A stretch of DNA of 64,000 nt from Octopus sinensis (GCF_006345805.1 NC_043006.1:29264001-29328000); one strand, 5' to 3'; counted from the stretch's first letter, positions 38,482 to 51,817 are shown. The notes: a model not told the origin generated them from the sequence alone. A program made the numbers and translations.

Positions 38482-39073
38482 TATATATAATAATGTTCGT
38501 CCTTCGGTTCGAAGATGACCAACTGACATCATCTGATGGAACTGCCGCCATGAGACCGGAGGTGGCTGGTGAGGCCAATCCGGGCAAGGAAGCCCCTCCC
38601 ACAGGTGGGGCAGAAGTGGGTAGGGGCAGTGCTACTGGTGCAGGCGGCTCTGACTTTACGCATCTGACGTTTCTGCTCCGCTGACCGAATCCGTCCCTCC
38701 TCGGCTGTCCCTGCTCCCACGGTGATTGCGCTGCGCCAGGATGAGCGGTTGGCAGCAAGTGTCTCCCAGGTCTCTGTTCCGATGGAGAAGTCTTTGAGAG
38801 AGACCTTGAGACTATCCTTGTAGCGCTTTTTCTGCCCTCCGACTTTGCGCCTGCCCTGGCCGAGTTCACCGTAGAAGAGCTGTTTTGGGATGCGAGTGTC
38901 GGACATGCGGGAGACGTGGCCCGCCCATCTCAGCTGGGCCTTGCGCATGATTGTAATGGTGCTAGGGAGATCTGCCTGCTTCAGAACTTCCGTGTCTGGG
39001 ACTTTGTCCTGCCAGCGGATGTGAAGGAGATTCCGAAGACACCTGAGATGGAAGTGGTTTATCTGGCGCTCGT
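38482..39073 (-). mobile_element. 5'-truncated RTE LINE with a C-terminal C2H2 zinc finger
   Basis: 14-bp TSD GCCAGTGGTAAGTA (38468-38481 / 39074-39087); stop-free ORF FHLRCLR...LRWAGHVSRM...CPTCGRGFLARIGLTSHLRSH; AT-rich tail. Confidence 0.93.
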
Positions 39074-39829
39074 GCCAGTGGTAAGTACGTAGGATAAGTA
39101 CCACAAATATTTTCTTTAAGTTTGCATTTTGCTTCCTACCGCTTATAAAATAACATCCTTGAAATTTATCTGGTTTTCTGCATTCTATCGTTTTCTCTGT
39201 ATATTAAATAGAATCAGTCATTTTCCAATTGATCAACGAAAGTGGCATATTAACTTTACTGTGATCCGTATTTTAAAATTTACTCTGCTAACTTCAGCTC
39301 AGTTGTATATTATTTATTTGCCATTGTTATAATCTGGGCAACAGATTAAGAGACAGTCATCGAAGTCAAATTTGCTTTTTATCCCTGCACAATCAATAAA
39401 ATAAGCTACAAGCCAACCACTGCAGCCGACTCTTTTTCTCTTTCGTGAAGCCATGTCATTTTCTTTTGTCGTCTTCTTAATATGAAGACACTCCGCTTTT
39501 ATTTTGTTAGTTCTAGACAAAAATGTGGTTACTATCTCTCTTTTTTCCCTAGCAGTTTGTAACGAGCTTAATGAGATGCGAATATCTTCGTGCACTTTCG
39601 GGGTGCACAAAGCCATCACTCACTAGCCGTTACTTTAATAATCCAGAATCTCTACTAGTCAGAAACAAACAGGACGCAGACGTAAAATATACATATAACT
39701 ACTTTATTCTCTTTCTTGGTAAACAATAACAATAAGTGTGTTATCTGATGTCCTTGATTCTGGGCGCGCAAGGCTGAAAGTTCATAGATTGTAATATTTA
39801 CAATGTCCAGCCGATGAAAACAGAAAGGG

Positions 39830-40075
39830 TCCAAGATGGCGTCGAACAATGGAGACGATGTTGGTCTGCAACAATTTTGGTTAAAAGTCTTCGGCCAAAG
39901 GACTGCTAGAATCTAATCCTGACGGAGAGAATATATGCGTGACCGCCGCCTTCAATCGCTGGGTCCCAAGTCATTGGCTGCTGCTGCTAGCGGTCAAACG
40001 TTCTACGACCCCCTTGCCTCGCTAACTGCTACGTAGGCAATAGGGTCGTGCTACCGGTGGTTCGCGCATGCGCGA
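39830..40075. promoter_or_regulatory. CpG-rich promoter-like motif cluster
   Basis: YY1-type CAAGATGGCG at 39832-39841; reverse CCAAT box at 39971-39980; NRF1-type palindrome CGCGCATGCGCG at 40063-40074. Confidence 0.45.
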
Positions 40076-41129
40076 GAGGGCCCTTCCTTTTTGTGCCTTG
40101 GTGAAGGCACCAACACGCGCGAAATACAAATGGTCGGTGCGCGAGCGCGCGTTGTAATATCACTACAAGTTAAACTTAATCTATTTTTAGTTTTCTTATC
40201 TATATTGACCCTCATGTCTCTTAGACTTTACTTAAATGTACTACCACTTGCGTGTGATGCAAGAAGTCCGGGAGAACTACAGTCTCCAATCTAATTCAAC
40301 CAAGGCTTAATTTCGGTAGCAAAATTTCAGGTGAAAATCTTTGGTCGAAGCCTGGGCAACTGATGTAGTCAACTTTCATTAGCTTTCCGACATTCTGTAC
40401 TTTGTTAGAATCACAGATAAAATTTTATCTGCGATTCCTACCAACGTCAAGCTTTCAACGCTTTCTTTTAGTATCCACAGAACATTGAAACGTTATCTAC
40501 ATCTCACTATCAGACAAGATCTCGGCATTTGATATGTATTGCATGTATGCAGGCAAAAGTTGCCAAGCTTATCGACAGATGTGGCTTAAGAAAAATAATT
40601 TATTTTGTTTGCAGCTCCTGTCAGAGTTTTTTTCCTTAATCTAACAATGATGTATAAGTATAAAAAATAGCATCAAATTTTCATAATTTCATGATGAAAA
40701 CTTTTCGCAAAATTTTTCTTGTACCAGCATTTAGAGCTGTGGCATAATTATATTAATCAGTTTAATCCACTTGTTGCATGATGTTTTATTTTTTAAATAA
40801 GGTGATAGACAATGATGTTAGGTGAGGTAAAGCAAGTGCGCTTTTGCAGAGAAGGGAGCTAGTTGAAATGCGGGAGTCGGTAGGCAAGTGAGGAGTGAGA
40901 TTTCCCTGCAGTCGTTGGTTGTCAACTATTTAATTCTGCTTGTTCATAAGGGAAATCATTGCTTTCTTTCTTTTGTGCCAACTCTTTGGAGACGGCGTCG
41001 AAGACCTGCATCTAATGCAAGGGCGAAACCATTTGTCGTTGTTGTTCACCTATTTCCATTCAAAGCTATTTTAGTTCGCTAACTGTAAAATATGTCGATA
41101 CGAAGGAAAAAGGAAAAAACCCTTTAGTA

Positions 41130-41930
41130 GTGAAGATGTGGTTCAGCGGGTGAAGAAGATAAAGTTGATTTTGAAACTAGGAGATCCGTGATGTAGCAAG
41201 TTATTGGCGGGCCTGCATTTGGTTCTCTCTCTGGAGATGGACGAGGAAGCTCGGGTAGACGCAGAAAGTAGATGCCAATCTGAAGGAGGTCTTCACGGAA
41301 GGAGCATGAGATGGTAGTGAGACTTGATGGGTACAATGGAAAGGCCACTCAAGTTAGTGTTTGTAATGGTTTTCTTGACCACATATCGTAGAGCTGCAAC
41401 AGTTACCGGATATCCATGGAAGATTCGGTATCCAAGGTTAGAGTGTTAACGGTGAACAAGACAAAACTTTACAGCAGTAATTCCAGTAGAACAGGGTGCG
41501 AGTAATCGTTACAAGGAAGAGAGTTGGTGCAAACGTCCAAGGGGAAGTGCTTCAGATATCGCGGGCCTTCCATATTTAAGAATTGCAAAGAACCCGAGCT
41601 AGAATTGATCTGTTACTGATAAGACCAAGCTGATCATATAGTTAACTTTTGCAACCAGGAAAGCAATGAATGTAAGACCTGCATCAGTAGCTATTCCATC
41701 AACTGAATAGAGGTACTCTTTCGTTCGCTACTCGTAGTGGAAGTCCTGGTAGTAGGAGCGAGACTGATGTTTCTTGAAATATTGAGGACAAGAACTTCTG
41801 TGTGGTGTTCAACAAGTAATGGATAGTCGAAATGAAACGGTGAGCCTCCAGTGTTGAAAACTAAAGTGAGCTACTCTTTGAGTGAGTGCTGAATTTGAGT
41901 GGGAGGTGGAGATAGATCTAAGACAGTATT
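41130..41930 (-). mobile_element. highly degenerate LINE (CR1/L2-like) RT remnant
   Basis: C/T-rich minus strand; weak peptide similarity (EVLVLNISRN resembles VALDISKAF). Confidence 0.35.
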
Positions 41931-41964
41931 CTAATGCCTTAAGGAGAACGGGTCCAAAGTAGAG

Positions 41965-42365
41965 TGCTGTCATTGATGGTAGTTATACAGTCAACAAAGA
42001 ATACGGTCTGGTCAGAGTTAGAATTTTTGGAGCTGAATGATCATGTTGTGAGTCACATGGATGTTGAGGCCACAAATGTATATGGAGAGAACTTGCGTGA
42101 GAAGGTATAAATGATGGGGGTTTCTACGATACATGATTTGAAGTCAGTCTATCTACAGTTTCATGTGGCTAAGAAGTTGTGATCGAGAAGCCAGTGATGT
42201 ACAGGGGTAGGATATGTATTTTGACCAAGCTAGGGTTCGAACTGAATTCTGTGCCGAAGATCATGGCAACGACCTTCAAAATAGTACAGGAAAAGGTGGA
42301 CAGAGTGAAAGGGGCCACTAACTCCTCCTGCATAGTCGATATATTAGTGGATAAGACAGTGATGA
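41965..42365 (+). mobile_element. second Gypsy RT fragment related to the element at 33307-37573
   Basis: DLKSVYLQFHVAKKL and LTKLGFELNSVPKIMA align with the RT at ~35270-35650. Confidence 0.85.
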
Positions 42366-44048
42366 AGATACAAATAAGTGGTGAAAAACTGGAGACTAGC
42401 AACTGTGAAAGATAAAAGTGATAAACCCAGATTGTATCTGGTTAAGACAACAGAAAAATACAGAAAAAATCGATGAGAGATTCGACAGATAAAAGAGGTT
42501 GAGAGCCATTGCATATCTGTCCTAGCTAACAACGAAGACTCACCAGTTCCAGACGTAGATCAGCAGCCAGCTTCAAATGAACCATCTCCAAAAGCGGTTG
42601 TGTAATTAAGAAACCAATGAGATACGGAACAGAATCAGCTTGGTTCGTTGGCCAGAATGCTTTACGTACATTGTTCATAAAGAAATGATTTCCGAGTCCA
42701 GACAATGCCCAGAATGGCCTTGGCATGGCGCCATCACAACGTCCCACAAAACTTACCCACAGACTCATATACAGTTGACTAGAACTTTTTTTTTTTTAAT
42801 AATAGCAATAGTCACTTCAAACGTCAAAAATTTCTTACATTCTTTATGGCTATGAGGCTACAAAATGCGATAAAGGCTTTGGTCCTTTAACGCACAGCCT
42901 ATCTGCCACGATGAGACATATTAGTTAGCGTGAACATATAGTATCACACATGATATGGTAATTTGAAAAAAGTTAAAGCATTTCAAGTAGCATGTCGACT
43001 AGCAACCATGAGCGAAAATTGGCATTTACTGTCTAAACGAATCCTCCAGGTTGTACATACTGTAGGAGACTAAGGTAATCCCTACTAAAGATCCCTTCTT
43101 ACTTGGAGTGCGGCCAAGCTGGGGCACCGCCTTGAAGAATTTTTAGTCGAATGTATCAACCCCAGAATCATTTTTAGGTGATTTTCAGCTCGCACATAAA
43201 GTTAAGCCTAGAAGGTCTCTTCACATGTTAGAAATAACAGCCAAATCTTGCATTAAAAAAAAAATTCACGTAAACAAAAACGAAAATCGCGGTTGTAAAA
43301 AAAAAATTATTTTCCAAAATTCCAATTTTTAAATAAACAAAATATATTCAATCGAAAATCGGTGTCAAAACATGTCCCTCACAATTGTATGTTTTATGTG
43401 TTTCAACTATTTCCCTCGTTTTTAGAATAATTTTAAAGGTTGAAAATAAAAATAAATCAACCTTAACATCAATAATAGGGAAATGTGTAGAAACATAAAA
43501 ACGATAAGAAGTACGTTTGAATAACAAAGTAAATATGACCCGCCTCTGACAGGTTTTTTTATTCACAAAAACCAGAATTTGTCATTTTTATGGAGAAACA
43601 CCCATCACTCTGTTTAGGCAAACAATAAGAAGTACGTTTGAACGACTAGCCTTCTGATAGACGTTCAACGGCCGGAGAAAGTTCAAAAGGTCAGCTTATT
43701 CTCATTTATCTGTAAGTGCTGAGAGAAGAAAACAAATGACTTTAAATATATATTTTAGAATGCTGATTTTTCTGCGACCAAAAATTCTTCAAGCTGGTGC
43801 CCCAGCATGGCCGCAGTCCAATGAGTGAAACAAGTAAAAAGATTTTTAGAAAAAAAAAACCTCATAGCCATAAAGAGATTTGGCTGCTATTTCTAGCATG
43901 TGGAGATACCTTATAGGCTTAACCATATGCGCTGGTTAAAAATTATAAAAGACTCTAGCGTCGATGCATTCGACTAAAAATTCAAGGTGGTGCCCCAGTA
44001 TGGCCGCAGTCTAATAAATTTAACAAGTAAAAAGGAAAAAAAATTCTA

Positions 44049-44420
44049 GGATCTTTTCTGTTTGATGGACGGAATTTTCTACTTAACTAAAAAATTTGAA
44101 ACTTCGTACACTGGTAGAATATCAAAAGAAAACATTAATTTCAATTAGTTTTTTTTTTGAGAAAATTGTATTTTGTAACTTTTACGTAGTTTAATTCTTC
44201 GAATTTTTAAACCAATCGTATTCTCTGTTTCGATCTGAAATCATTTGCTCCGTCTAAACATACTATCTACTGTCACGTAGACAGCTATTTTGTGACGTAG
44301 TTAACGTAAACATCTAAACAGCGCGTGTTTTGTATAAAATTATTCGTTTGAAAAGCTTCATATCCTAAACAACGTAGGTATATATTGCTTGTTGCTGCTG
44401 CTTATAAAATTTTAAACAGC
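44049..44420. mobile_element. GGATC-ended MITE, related subfamily
   Basis: Begins GGATCTTTTCTGTTTG; internal similarity to ~45535-45880 and, inverted, to ~51240-51696. Confidence 0.6.
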
Positions 44421-45903
44421 CTCCCTCACCGTGGTCACTTAACCAGCAAGAAATAGCAATCATATATGCTTCAAAATCCACCCTCCCATATAACAAAGTC
44501 CTAAACAGACAGAATAATAATAAAAATACGGCGGGCTTTCGAAATAGCTGTCGAGAATAAAATGAAATTTCGATGATAAATTTTTGGAGGGGTTTCGGTA
44601 ATTTTCGTCACTCTAAAATACATGTAATTCGCATTAAATCTTATTTTTCTGAAAAATCCACGTTTTAAAACATTTTAACTGCCCACCACTTCATCGTGCC
44701 TTTGGAGTAGGTGTCACACTTGGGATGGTCAAACCTAGAATACCTTTCATCATAGGTAATTGCTTGGAGTTCACCTTGAGAGCTAAAACTATATATTTAG
44801 TTTCGATATAAAAAATAAAATTGCACAAAATTTTGGCACAAGACCAACAATTTGGGAGGAGGGGTTAATCGATTACATTAACTGGTACTTAATTGATCAT
44901 GAAAGGTAAAGTCGACGACGACAGTAACGTGAAGAGTCGGAAGAAATGCCACAAGGTATTTTGTCCGACGCACGAACGATTCTGCCAGCTTGCCCCACCC
45001 CCTTCCTTAATAATATTTCTTTCCCCAATAAGTACAAGGCCTGAAGCTGATGGGAAGAACTAGTCGATTGTATTCAACTGGTACTTATTCTATAAGCGCC
45101 GCCCGAAAGAAGGAAAGCTCAGCAATATTCGAACACGGAACGTAAAGATTCGTAAGAAATGACGCTAGGCATTTTATCCGATGCACTACCGATTCTGCCA
45201 GCTTTACATTATATTTTTCCGTCAAAGTTTAACTATGTCACCTTGATGATATATTTTTACACGTGGACAAATAATAGAGAGATAATGTAGATTAGATGAT
45301 ATTACATGCTGACAAGGGCTTGGTAAAGGACTGTTAGAATGTTTAGGGATATGGTCCTATACGTTCGGGTTTCAACCCTCACCGGAATTCAAAACAAGCC
45401 GTCTGTTCTTCCACGGTCGATAAAATACATCGATCAAGTATTGGAGATCGATATAAATGATTATACCCTCCACTCACCCCAAAATATATGCGTTGTGTCT
45501 ATAATCAATATTACAAATATATTGTTATTGCTATACTGGTGGAATGTGTCAAAAGAAAACATTAATTTCAATTAGTTTTTTTGAGAAAATCGTATTTTGT
45601 AACTTTTACGTAGTTTAATTCTTCGAATTTTAACCAATCGTATTCTCTGTTTTGAGCTGAAATTATTTTCTGCGTCTAAACAAATTGTTACTGTGACGTA
45701 AACAGCTGTTTTGTGACGTAGTTAACGTAGACAGCTAAATTCGATTTGAAAGCTTGACATCCTAAACAGCTAAATTCTTTTTGAAAGTCTGAGTATATAT
45801 AAAATTAGTGTTTAAATTATTTTCCATTGTTTGCATTGCTTTATAGAATTTGAAACTTATTCGTTTTGTATAAAATTATTATTCGTTTCTCCTTTAATAA
45901 ATA

Positions 45904-46317
45904 GGATCTTTTCGGTTTGAACGGCAGTTTTTTCTAGCGGTGTCATATGAAATTGTCACCCATAATTATGACCCTAGTATCGATCTATTGCATTTCAATC
46001 TGTGTTAGGGTTAGGGGTGGGGGGAAGGGTATCTTTTTTTCTTTACAAATGTAAATAAACCCAATCTGTTTCTTAAACGAGGGTCATATTCATACGGCAC
46101 AGAATGTTTTTTTACCTCAATAGAGGTCATTGATTGGTTGAAATTGCAGAAATTGAAGAAAAAAACAACAACAAATATCTTACAAACTATAGAATTTTCT
46201 CAATAAAACCAAGAGAAAAAAATGTTTTATAAACACATTCTACCAGTATACGAAGTTTAAAAGTGTTTAGTTACGTGGAAATTATTTTTAAAAACTGCCG
46301 TCAAACCGAAAAGATCC
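45904..46317. mobile_element. MITE with ~26-bp TIRs (Merlin-like, inferred)
   Basis: GGATCTTTTCGGTTTGAACGGCAGTT ... AACTGCCGTCAAACCGAAAAGATCC; internal TTAGGGTTAGGG. No TSD is seen for this copy. Confidence 0.85.
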
Positions 46318-46738
46318 AAATTCTGATTGAAACAAGTAAAAGGTGAAAAAAAACAAAAAAAAAACTGAAAAATATAACCATGGGGCTTTTGTCCTACACT
46401 CGGAATTTATATCCAGCTTCATTTTGAAGGCAGTTGGACTCATGTAAATATGTAGTAAGTGAAACCAAATCTATTCATGTCTTCCAATTTATTCTCGTCA
46501 GACTGAGGTCTAAAATTTAATGTTTGTACACATTAAAAGTCCCTGTTGCACACAATTGTTCATAGTTGTAAAAGTCTTTAAAATAAATTGTTTTATTAGA
46601 ACATAAGAAAGTACTGACTTCTGATTCTTTCTGCACACAGTTGACTTTCTTCATTATGACATTCGTGAAGGAAACTAATGTTTGTGCCATTTGAATTTAT
46701 CAGGGTTATTTGAATCTTTGCATATTGATTTACAGGGG

Positions 46739-47045
46739 AGGCGCAATGGTCCAGTGGTTAGGGAAGCGGACTTGCAGTCGTAGGATCGCGGTTTCGATTC
46801 TCAGAGCGGGCGTTGTGAGTGTTCATTGAGCGAAAACACCTAAAGCTCCACGAGGTTCTGGCAGGGGCTGGTGGCGAATTCTGCAGTACTCTTTGACCAC
46901 AACTTTCTCTCACTCTTTCTTACTTTCTGTTTCTGTTGTACCAGTATTTCAAACTACATTAAGGGTACACGTGTCTGTGGAGTGCTAAGTCACTTGCACT
47001 TTAATTTCACGAGCAGGCTTTTCCGTTGATCGGAGTGCCACGACG
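46739..47045 (+). mobile_element. tRNA-derived SINE with a 15-bp TSD
   Basis: A-box TGGTCCAGTGG, B-box GGTTTCGATTC; TSD ATTGATTTACAGGGG at 46724-46738 / 47046-47060. Confidence 0.9.
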
Positions 47046-47385
47046 ATTGATTTACAGGGGTTTTAATAACTTTCTGTACCGCGTCATGTTACTGACTATC
47101 GTCTTTTTTGCTAAACCCCTTTTCCATTATGCTTTGTTATTGTGTTTACATAAACTTCCCCATGTTTCCGTAATAGTGTATGTACACACACACTGGGCGG
47201 GGGGGACATCCAAGACTTTCAACGAAGCCACAAAAGCGACTGTTATTGTATACAAACTTACGCCTCTTAATCGAAGAGACTGATATAGAGCGACTCCATT
47301 TGAAATGATAGAATCGACTTTCCCTAATATCACAACCGAGTCAATGTATTGTGTTTGCTCATCCCATTGTAGCGGTACTTAGTGT

Positions 47386-47507
47386 CACTAGCGTAGCTAG
47401 AGGGAGTGGTCCGCACCGGGCGGCACCACTTTTGGGTCTGCTGTAGGCAATATGGATTTTTTTTTTGTTGCGGCCCGAGGGCGGCAAACATTCTAGCTAC
47501 GCTAGTG
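47386..47507. mobile_element. 122-bp hAT-like MITE
   Basis: Perfect 15-bp TIRs CACTAGCGTAGCTAG; perfect 8-bp TSD CTTAGTGT. Confidence 0.92.
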
Positions 47508-48699
47508 CTTAGTGTAGTAGTGAGGCACAAATAATGGTTTCTCCTACCCCCGTGATGGAATCGGCGACAGTCCCTCCAAGCGTCAGGTCACGGGAAACCA
47601 GCAAGACCACACAGTTGTATCCAAGAGTACGCTCTACCCAGCCTATGACCAGAAAGGACTTAATACCCCATGATCACTTCCAACACACGTCTGTAGCTCG
47701 CAATACACCCCTGTTATTTCGATAATGAGGAAAAGGCCATAACATACCAGGTAATTTAGGTCTGCATTTTGGCCAAACACATTTCAGATGCATTCATACG
47801 ATCAGGAAGTTTCAATCAAAATTTACAACGCAGTTTCCCACCAAAATACGATCACAAATGGAAACGAGCAGCACGGAAGTTCCAGAGAAGAAAGACAAAC
47901 GCAGAAGATTCTTTGTCAGCCATGTCACTTGACCATGGGATAGAAAGAATCTTTTCATCTACCTATCTACCACAAGTATAGAACTTTCTCACCCCTTAAC
48001 ACGAAGTTAAAATGATCTCGCCTCTAACCAAACATGTATATTAATAACACCTCTGGTATATAGCATTACAGCTTTCGTCAAGCAGCGCTTGTAATGTTAT
48101 TTTATTAATAAACGTGATTCATTGAAAACTAAATGCTTGATTTCATATGGGGAAATATCAGGCTGCATGAACAGATATTCACCAAATACTTAACCAAGCC
48201 ACATCATTAAAAAAGAAAAAAAGGCCATAAAGCAGTCGTCTCCTATTCAAAATGAAAAACGGTTGTCACTGTATAAACATATCCAGCAGTTAGATATATG
48301 GCGTAAGCAAACTGCTTTTGTATTGGTGAAAATGTAAACAATAGCAATAAAAAATGAATGATTGACTGACTTATCGACCAAACTTATAAGCCAAACCTTT
48401 CCATCATTTTTCTGTTTATTTAATTGTATCTCGATGCTTTGTTTAAACTTGATATTTCTGGCCTGGATTTATCCATTCTACCTATTACGTGGGCTAGAAG
48501 AGATGATGTTGTTGTTTTTATGCTTTTATTTTCAAAGTTAGGGGATTTCAGAGGAGAATTGAAAGAAAATCAAGAACCGGCAGCGAACAAAATGTAGAAT
48601 TTTGTTGTGTGGGGCATTCGTGGAGCATATGCAAGTGTGCGTATGTTTGTGTATGTGTAAACCGAAAAATTACAACGGCATTTTTCCCTCACTATACGT

Positions 48700-49530
48700 T
48701 ACTGACAAACTCCACGGTGGAGCCTTAGCCATCAGCTGGACCATTGCAACATGTTACGCAACTAAATTCCTTTTCTCCTCACCATCCACCCTGTTATACG
48801 ATCACTGCAGTACACCACCCTCCACAATTCCCGTTTCTTACAGTCCAGCTTGCAACTGATCGCATCTGTCCACTCTTCTTCACTTCCCACCTCTCTCTTC
48901 CAAAAAAGGACAATAGTCTGTGTGACCTGGTCGGAAGTACTCTTGCTCCGAATTAAACTCAATTTGAAACCTTCACTTGCTTCATCACTCGATGTTACCC
49001 GTAGATCAACTACTACACACTTCTATGCGGCTCCAAATGCACATTTAATATATTTCACCACTTTTCCCTGCACTGTTTCCAGCCTTGAAAAAAAACTAGC
49101 ACTCCGTCGGTTACGACGATGAGTACTCCAATTGATCCGATCAATGGAACAGCCTGCTCGTGAAATTAGGAGAATTAAAACTTGCAAGTGGCCTGACCAC
49201 TCCACAGACACGTGTACCCTTAACGTAGTTCTCAATGTGATCCAGCATAACACATAATGTGACAAGGCTGGTCCTTTGAATTACAGGCACAACTTTGCTC
49301 AGGGACACTAAGCATCTTATTCTAGGATACCACCTTATGATCGTGCGCTAAATAGCCCTAACCACAAAGCTACACGTCTTCGTTTCCAACTTTATATTAA
49401 GTGTAACATTTCGTCTCGGCAACTTATGGAACCTCATTTCTACACCACCTCTTCATGTTTCACTAGTTTGGCTCCAGTACCCTCACTCTCTCTCTTCTCT
49501 CATTCGTCAGAACTCTGCTTTCTTCCTTCT
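48700..49530 (+). mobile_element. degenerate Penelope-like C-terminal/GIY-YIG remnant interrupted by a SINE (~49090-49370, -)
   Basis: Peptides HPPQF...DNSLCDLVGSTL and HLIYFTTFPC resemble the PLE linker and endonuclease start. Confidence 0.45.
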
Positions 49531-49532
49531 TG

Positions 49533-49917
49533 GGATCTTTTCGGGTTGAACGGCAGTTTTTAACATAATTTCTAAGTAACTAAAAAATTTTAAACTTCGT
49601 ATACTGATAGAATGTGTTTATAAAACATCTTTTTCTCTTGGCTTTATTGAGAAAATTCTATAGTTTGTAAGATATTTGTTGTTTTTTTTTCTTCAATTTC
49701 AACCAATCAGTGACGTCTATTGAGTTAAAAAGCATTCTGTGTCGTATGAATATGTCCCTCATTTGAGATTGGGTTTATTTACATTTGTGAAGAAAAAAAG
49801 ATACCCTTCCGCCACCCCTGATCCTAACCCTAAAAGAGAGTGAAATGCAATAGATCGATTCTAGGGTCAATTTCATGACACCGCTAGAAAAAATTGCCGT
49901 TCAAACCGAAAAGATCC
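49533..49917. mobile_element. MITE (Merlin-like family) with an 8-bp TSD
   Basis: Same TIRs as 45904-46317; perfect TSD CCTTCTTG at 49525-49532 / 49918-49925. Confidence 0.9.
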
Positions 49918-51817
49918 CCTTCTTGTTTTATTTTTTTGTGTGTCCCATTTATAAGTTTTCCTATCCTAAGACTGCTGATCGCGGCTTGGTCTCTACAACG
50001 TTTTATAAATGTGCACATTCGTTTAGTTGCTTAATGTTCTGTGGACAGATATAGTTGCCACTACGGCTGTGTATATCTGATCGTTATTATCTTTTTGTGC
50101 GTTGAACTCACCACAACGCTAACTATTCTCTTTTTTAAAACATTTGAAACAACGCTCAGTTATCGTCCTATTATTGTTTATTGTCTCCTACTCGTTTCTT
50201 TCCCCCCTCCTCTCTTTCATATTCCAACCCTCTCAACACCGCATGTACCCTCGTTGTTTATTGACAACAGCCGGAAGAACACCTTTATCTTTAATCGTTG
50301 TTGAATAACAAGAGCTCAAAGCATTATACTTTACATTTTTCAAAGTATTCTGTTTAGCATTATTGGAATGGTTTAGTCTGCCTTCACGTTCTGAGTTCGA
50401 CTTTGCCTTTCATCCTTTCAGGGTCGATAAAATAAGTACCAGTTGAGCACTTGGGTCAATATAATCGACTTACCCTCTCCCCCCAAATTTCAGGCCTTGT
50501 GCCTATAGTAGAAAGAATTATTGGAATGGTTTCTTTTTCTCTAGAAATCTCATGCAAATAAATTTTTCAGAACTTTTGGTAGATGAAATATGATAGAAGT
50601 GTGTAGTTTCTGCTCTTTTGCCTGCTGCCACCTATATAGATGGCTGTGATGATTAATTTAAAGGAATCATACAACATGTTAATACTTTTAAGTTTAGCTA
50701 TAGAATTCAGAGCCAGATAAACTTAAAAGTGAATACACTGCACTGCTAACAAGATAAGACTTGTAAACCTCTAATATACTTGGTATTACATCATAGTTGC
50801 AACCGAAATACAATGTCCTTGCCAGCAATTAATATCTAAATAGTTTTGTTAGAATTGTTTCAGAGGTGAAGTATTGATGGTTTTATTTGGGTTTATAGGT
50901 GAGCTTGTAGTTGACTTTGCATCAAGATAGTTTATGAATTCCAGTTTCTGGTTGAAATTTCAGTGTCTTTTGTTTAGTTAAAATGCGTGGATTACATCAA
51001 TGGGAGACAAAATGTTTTGTAGAAATGCTTATGGATGTTTGATTTACAAATCAGTGATCCGAATACGTTGAATTCACTGTTGCCGTGAAAGATAGAAGTT
51101 ATTCTCCTGTGACATACGCTACATCAACCAGCATATTTTGTGCCTGAACCTGCCTAGACGTGTTAAGAGTGAATATCCAAACAATCGTGCCAGATATCGC
51201 TGTACTCTAAACCCTAACCCTAAATTTTAGCCTTTCGTTCTTTTTTTCTTAATTGTTAAATTAATTTAATTGTTACGTGTGTGTCTAAAATTATTCGCTA
51301 TGTTTTTGTTTTGAGATACACGTGTCTTCTTTAAACTATTTTCCATTGCTTAAGAAAAAAAAACCGAAAGGCTAAAACGAAAGCAATGGAAAATAATTCA
51401 AACAATTAACAAACAAAATAATTCTATAATTTTATACACATGCTTTCCGTATGTAAACATAACAGTGACAGGATGTTGTCTCAGTTTTAGACACAGCAAA
51501 TGATTTTAGCTCAATAGAGGCCATTGATTGGTTAAAATTCAAAAAATTAAACTACGTTAAACTTACAAATTACAATTTTCTCAAGAAAGCCAAGAGAAAA
51601 AAATGTTTTATTTTGACACATTCTACCAGTATACGAAGTTTAAAAGTGTTTTTAGTTAACTAGAAATTGTGTTGAAAACTGCTGTTCAAAAGGAAAAGAT
51701 CCACTATAGAATTTTCTCAATAAAGCCAAGAGAAAAAGATATTTTATAAACACATTTTACCAGTATACAAAGTTTAAAAGTGTTTAGTTACATGGAAATT
51801 ATTTTCAAAAACTGCCA

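Noticed and set aside
37580-39460. Possible decayed protein gene around the RTE insertion (MASRKRKR..., VPWYSAVYVND)
   Set aside because: After removing the RTE, stop density looks random in all frames checked and no family is recognisable.
46739-46810. Possible tRNA gene
   Set aside because: It is the head of a TSD-flanked SINE, without a proper cloverleaf or terminator.
47520-47980. Possible exon or SEA-domain-like remnant
   Set aside because: Similarity is weak, frames contain stops and splice support is inconsistent.
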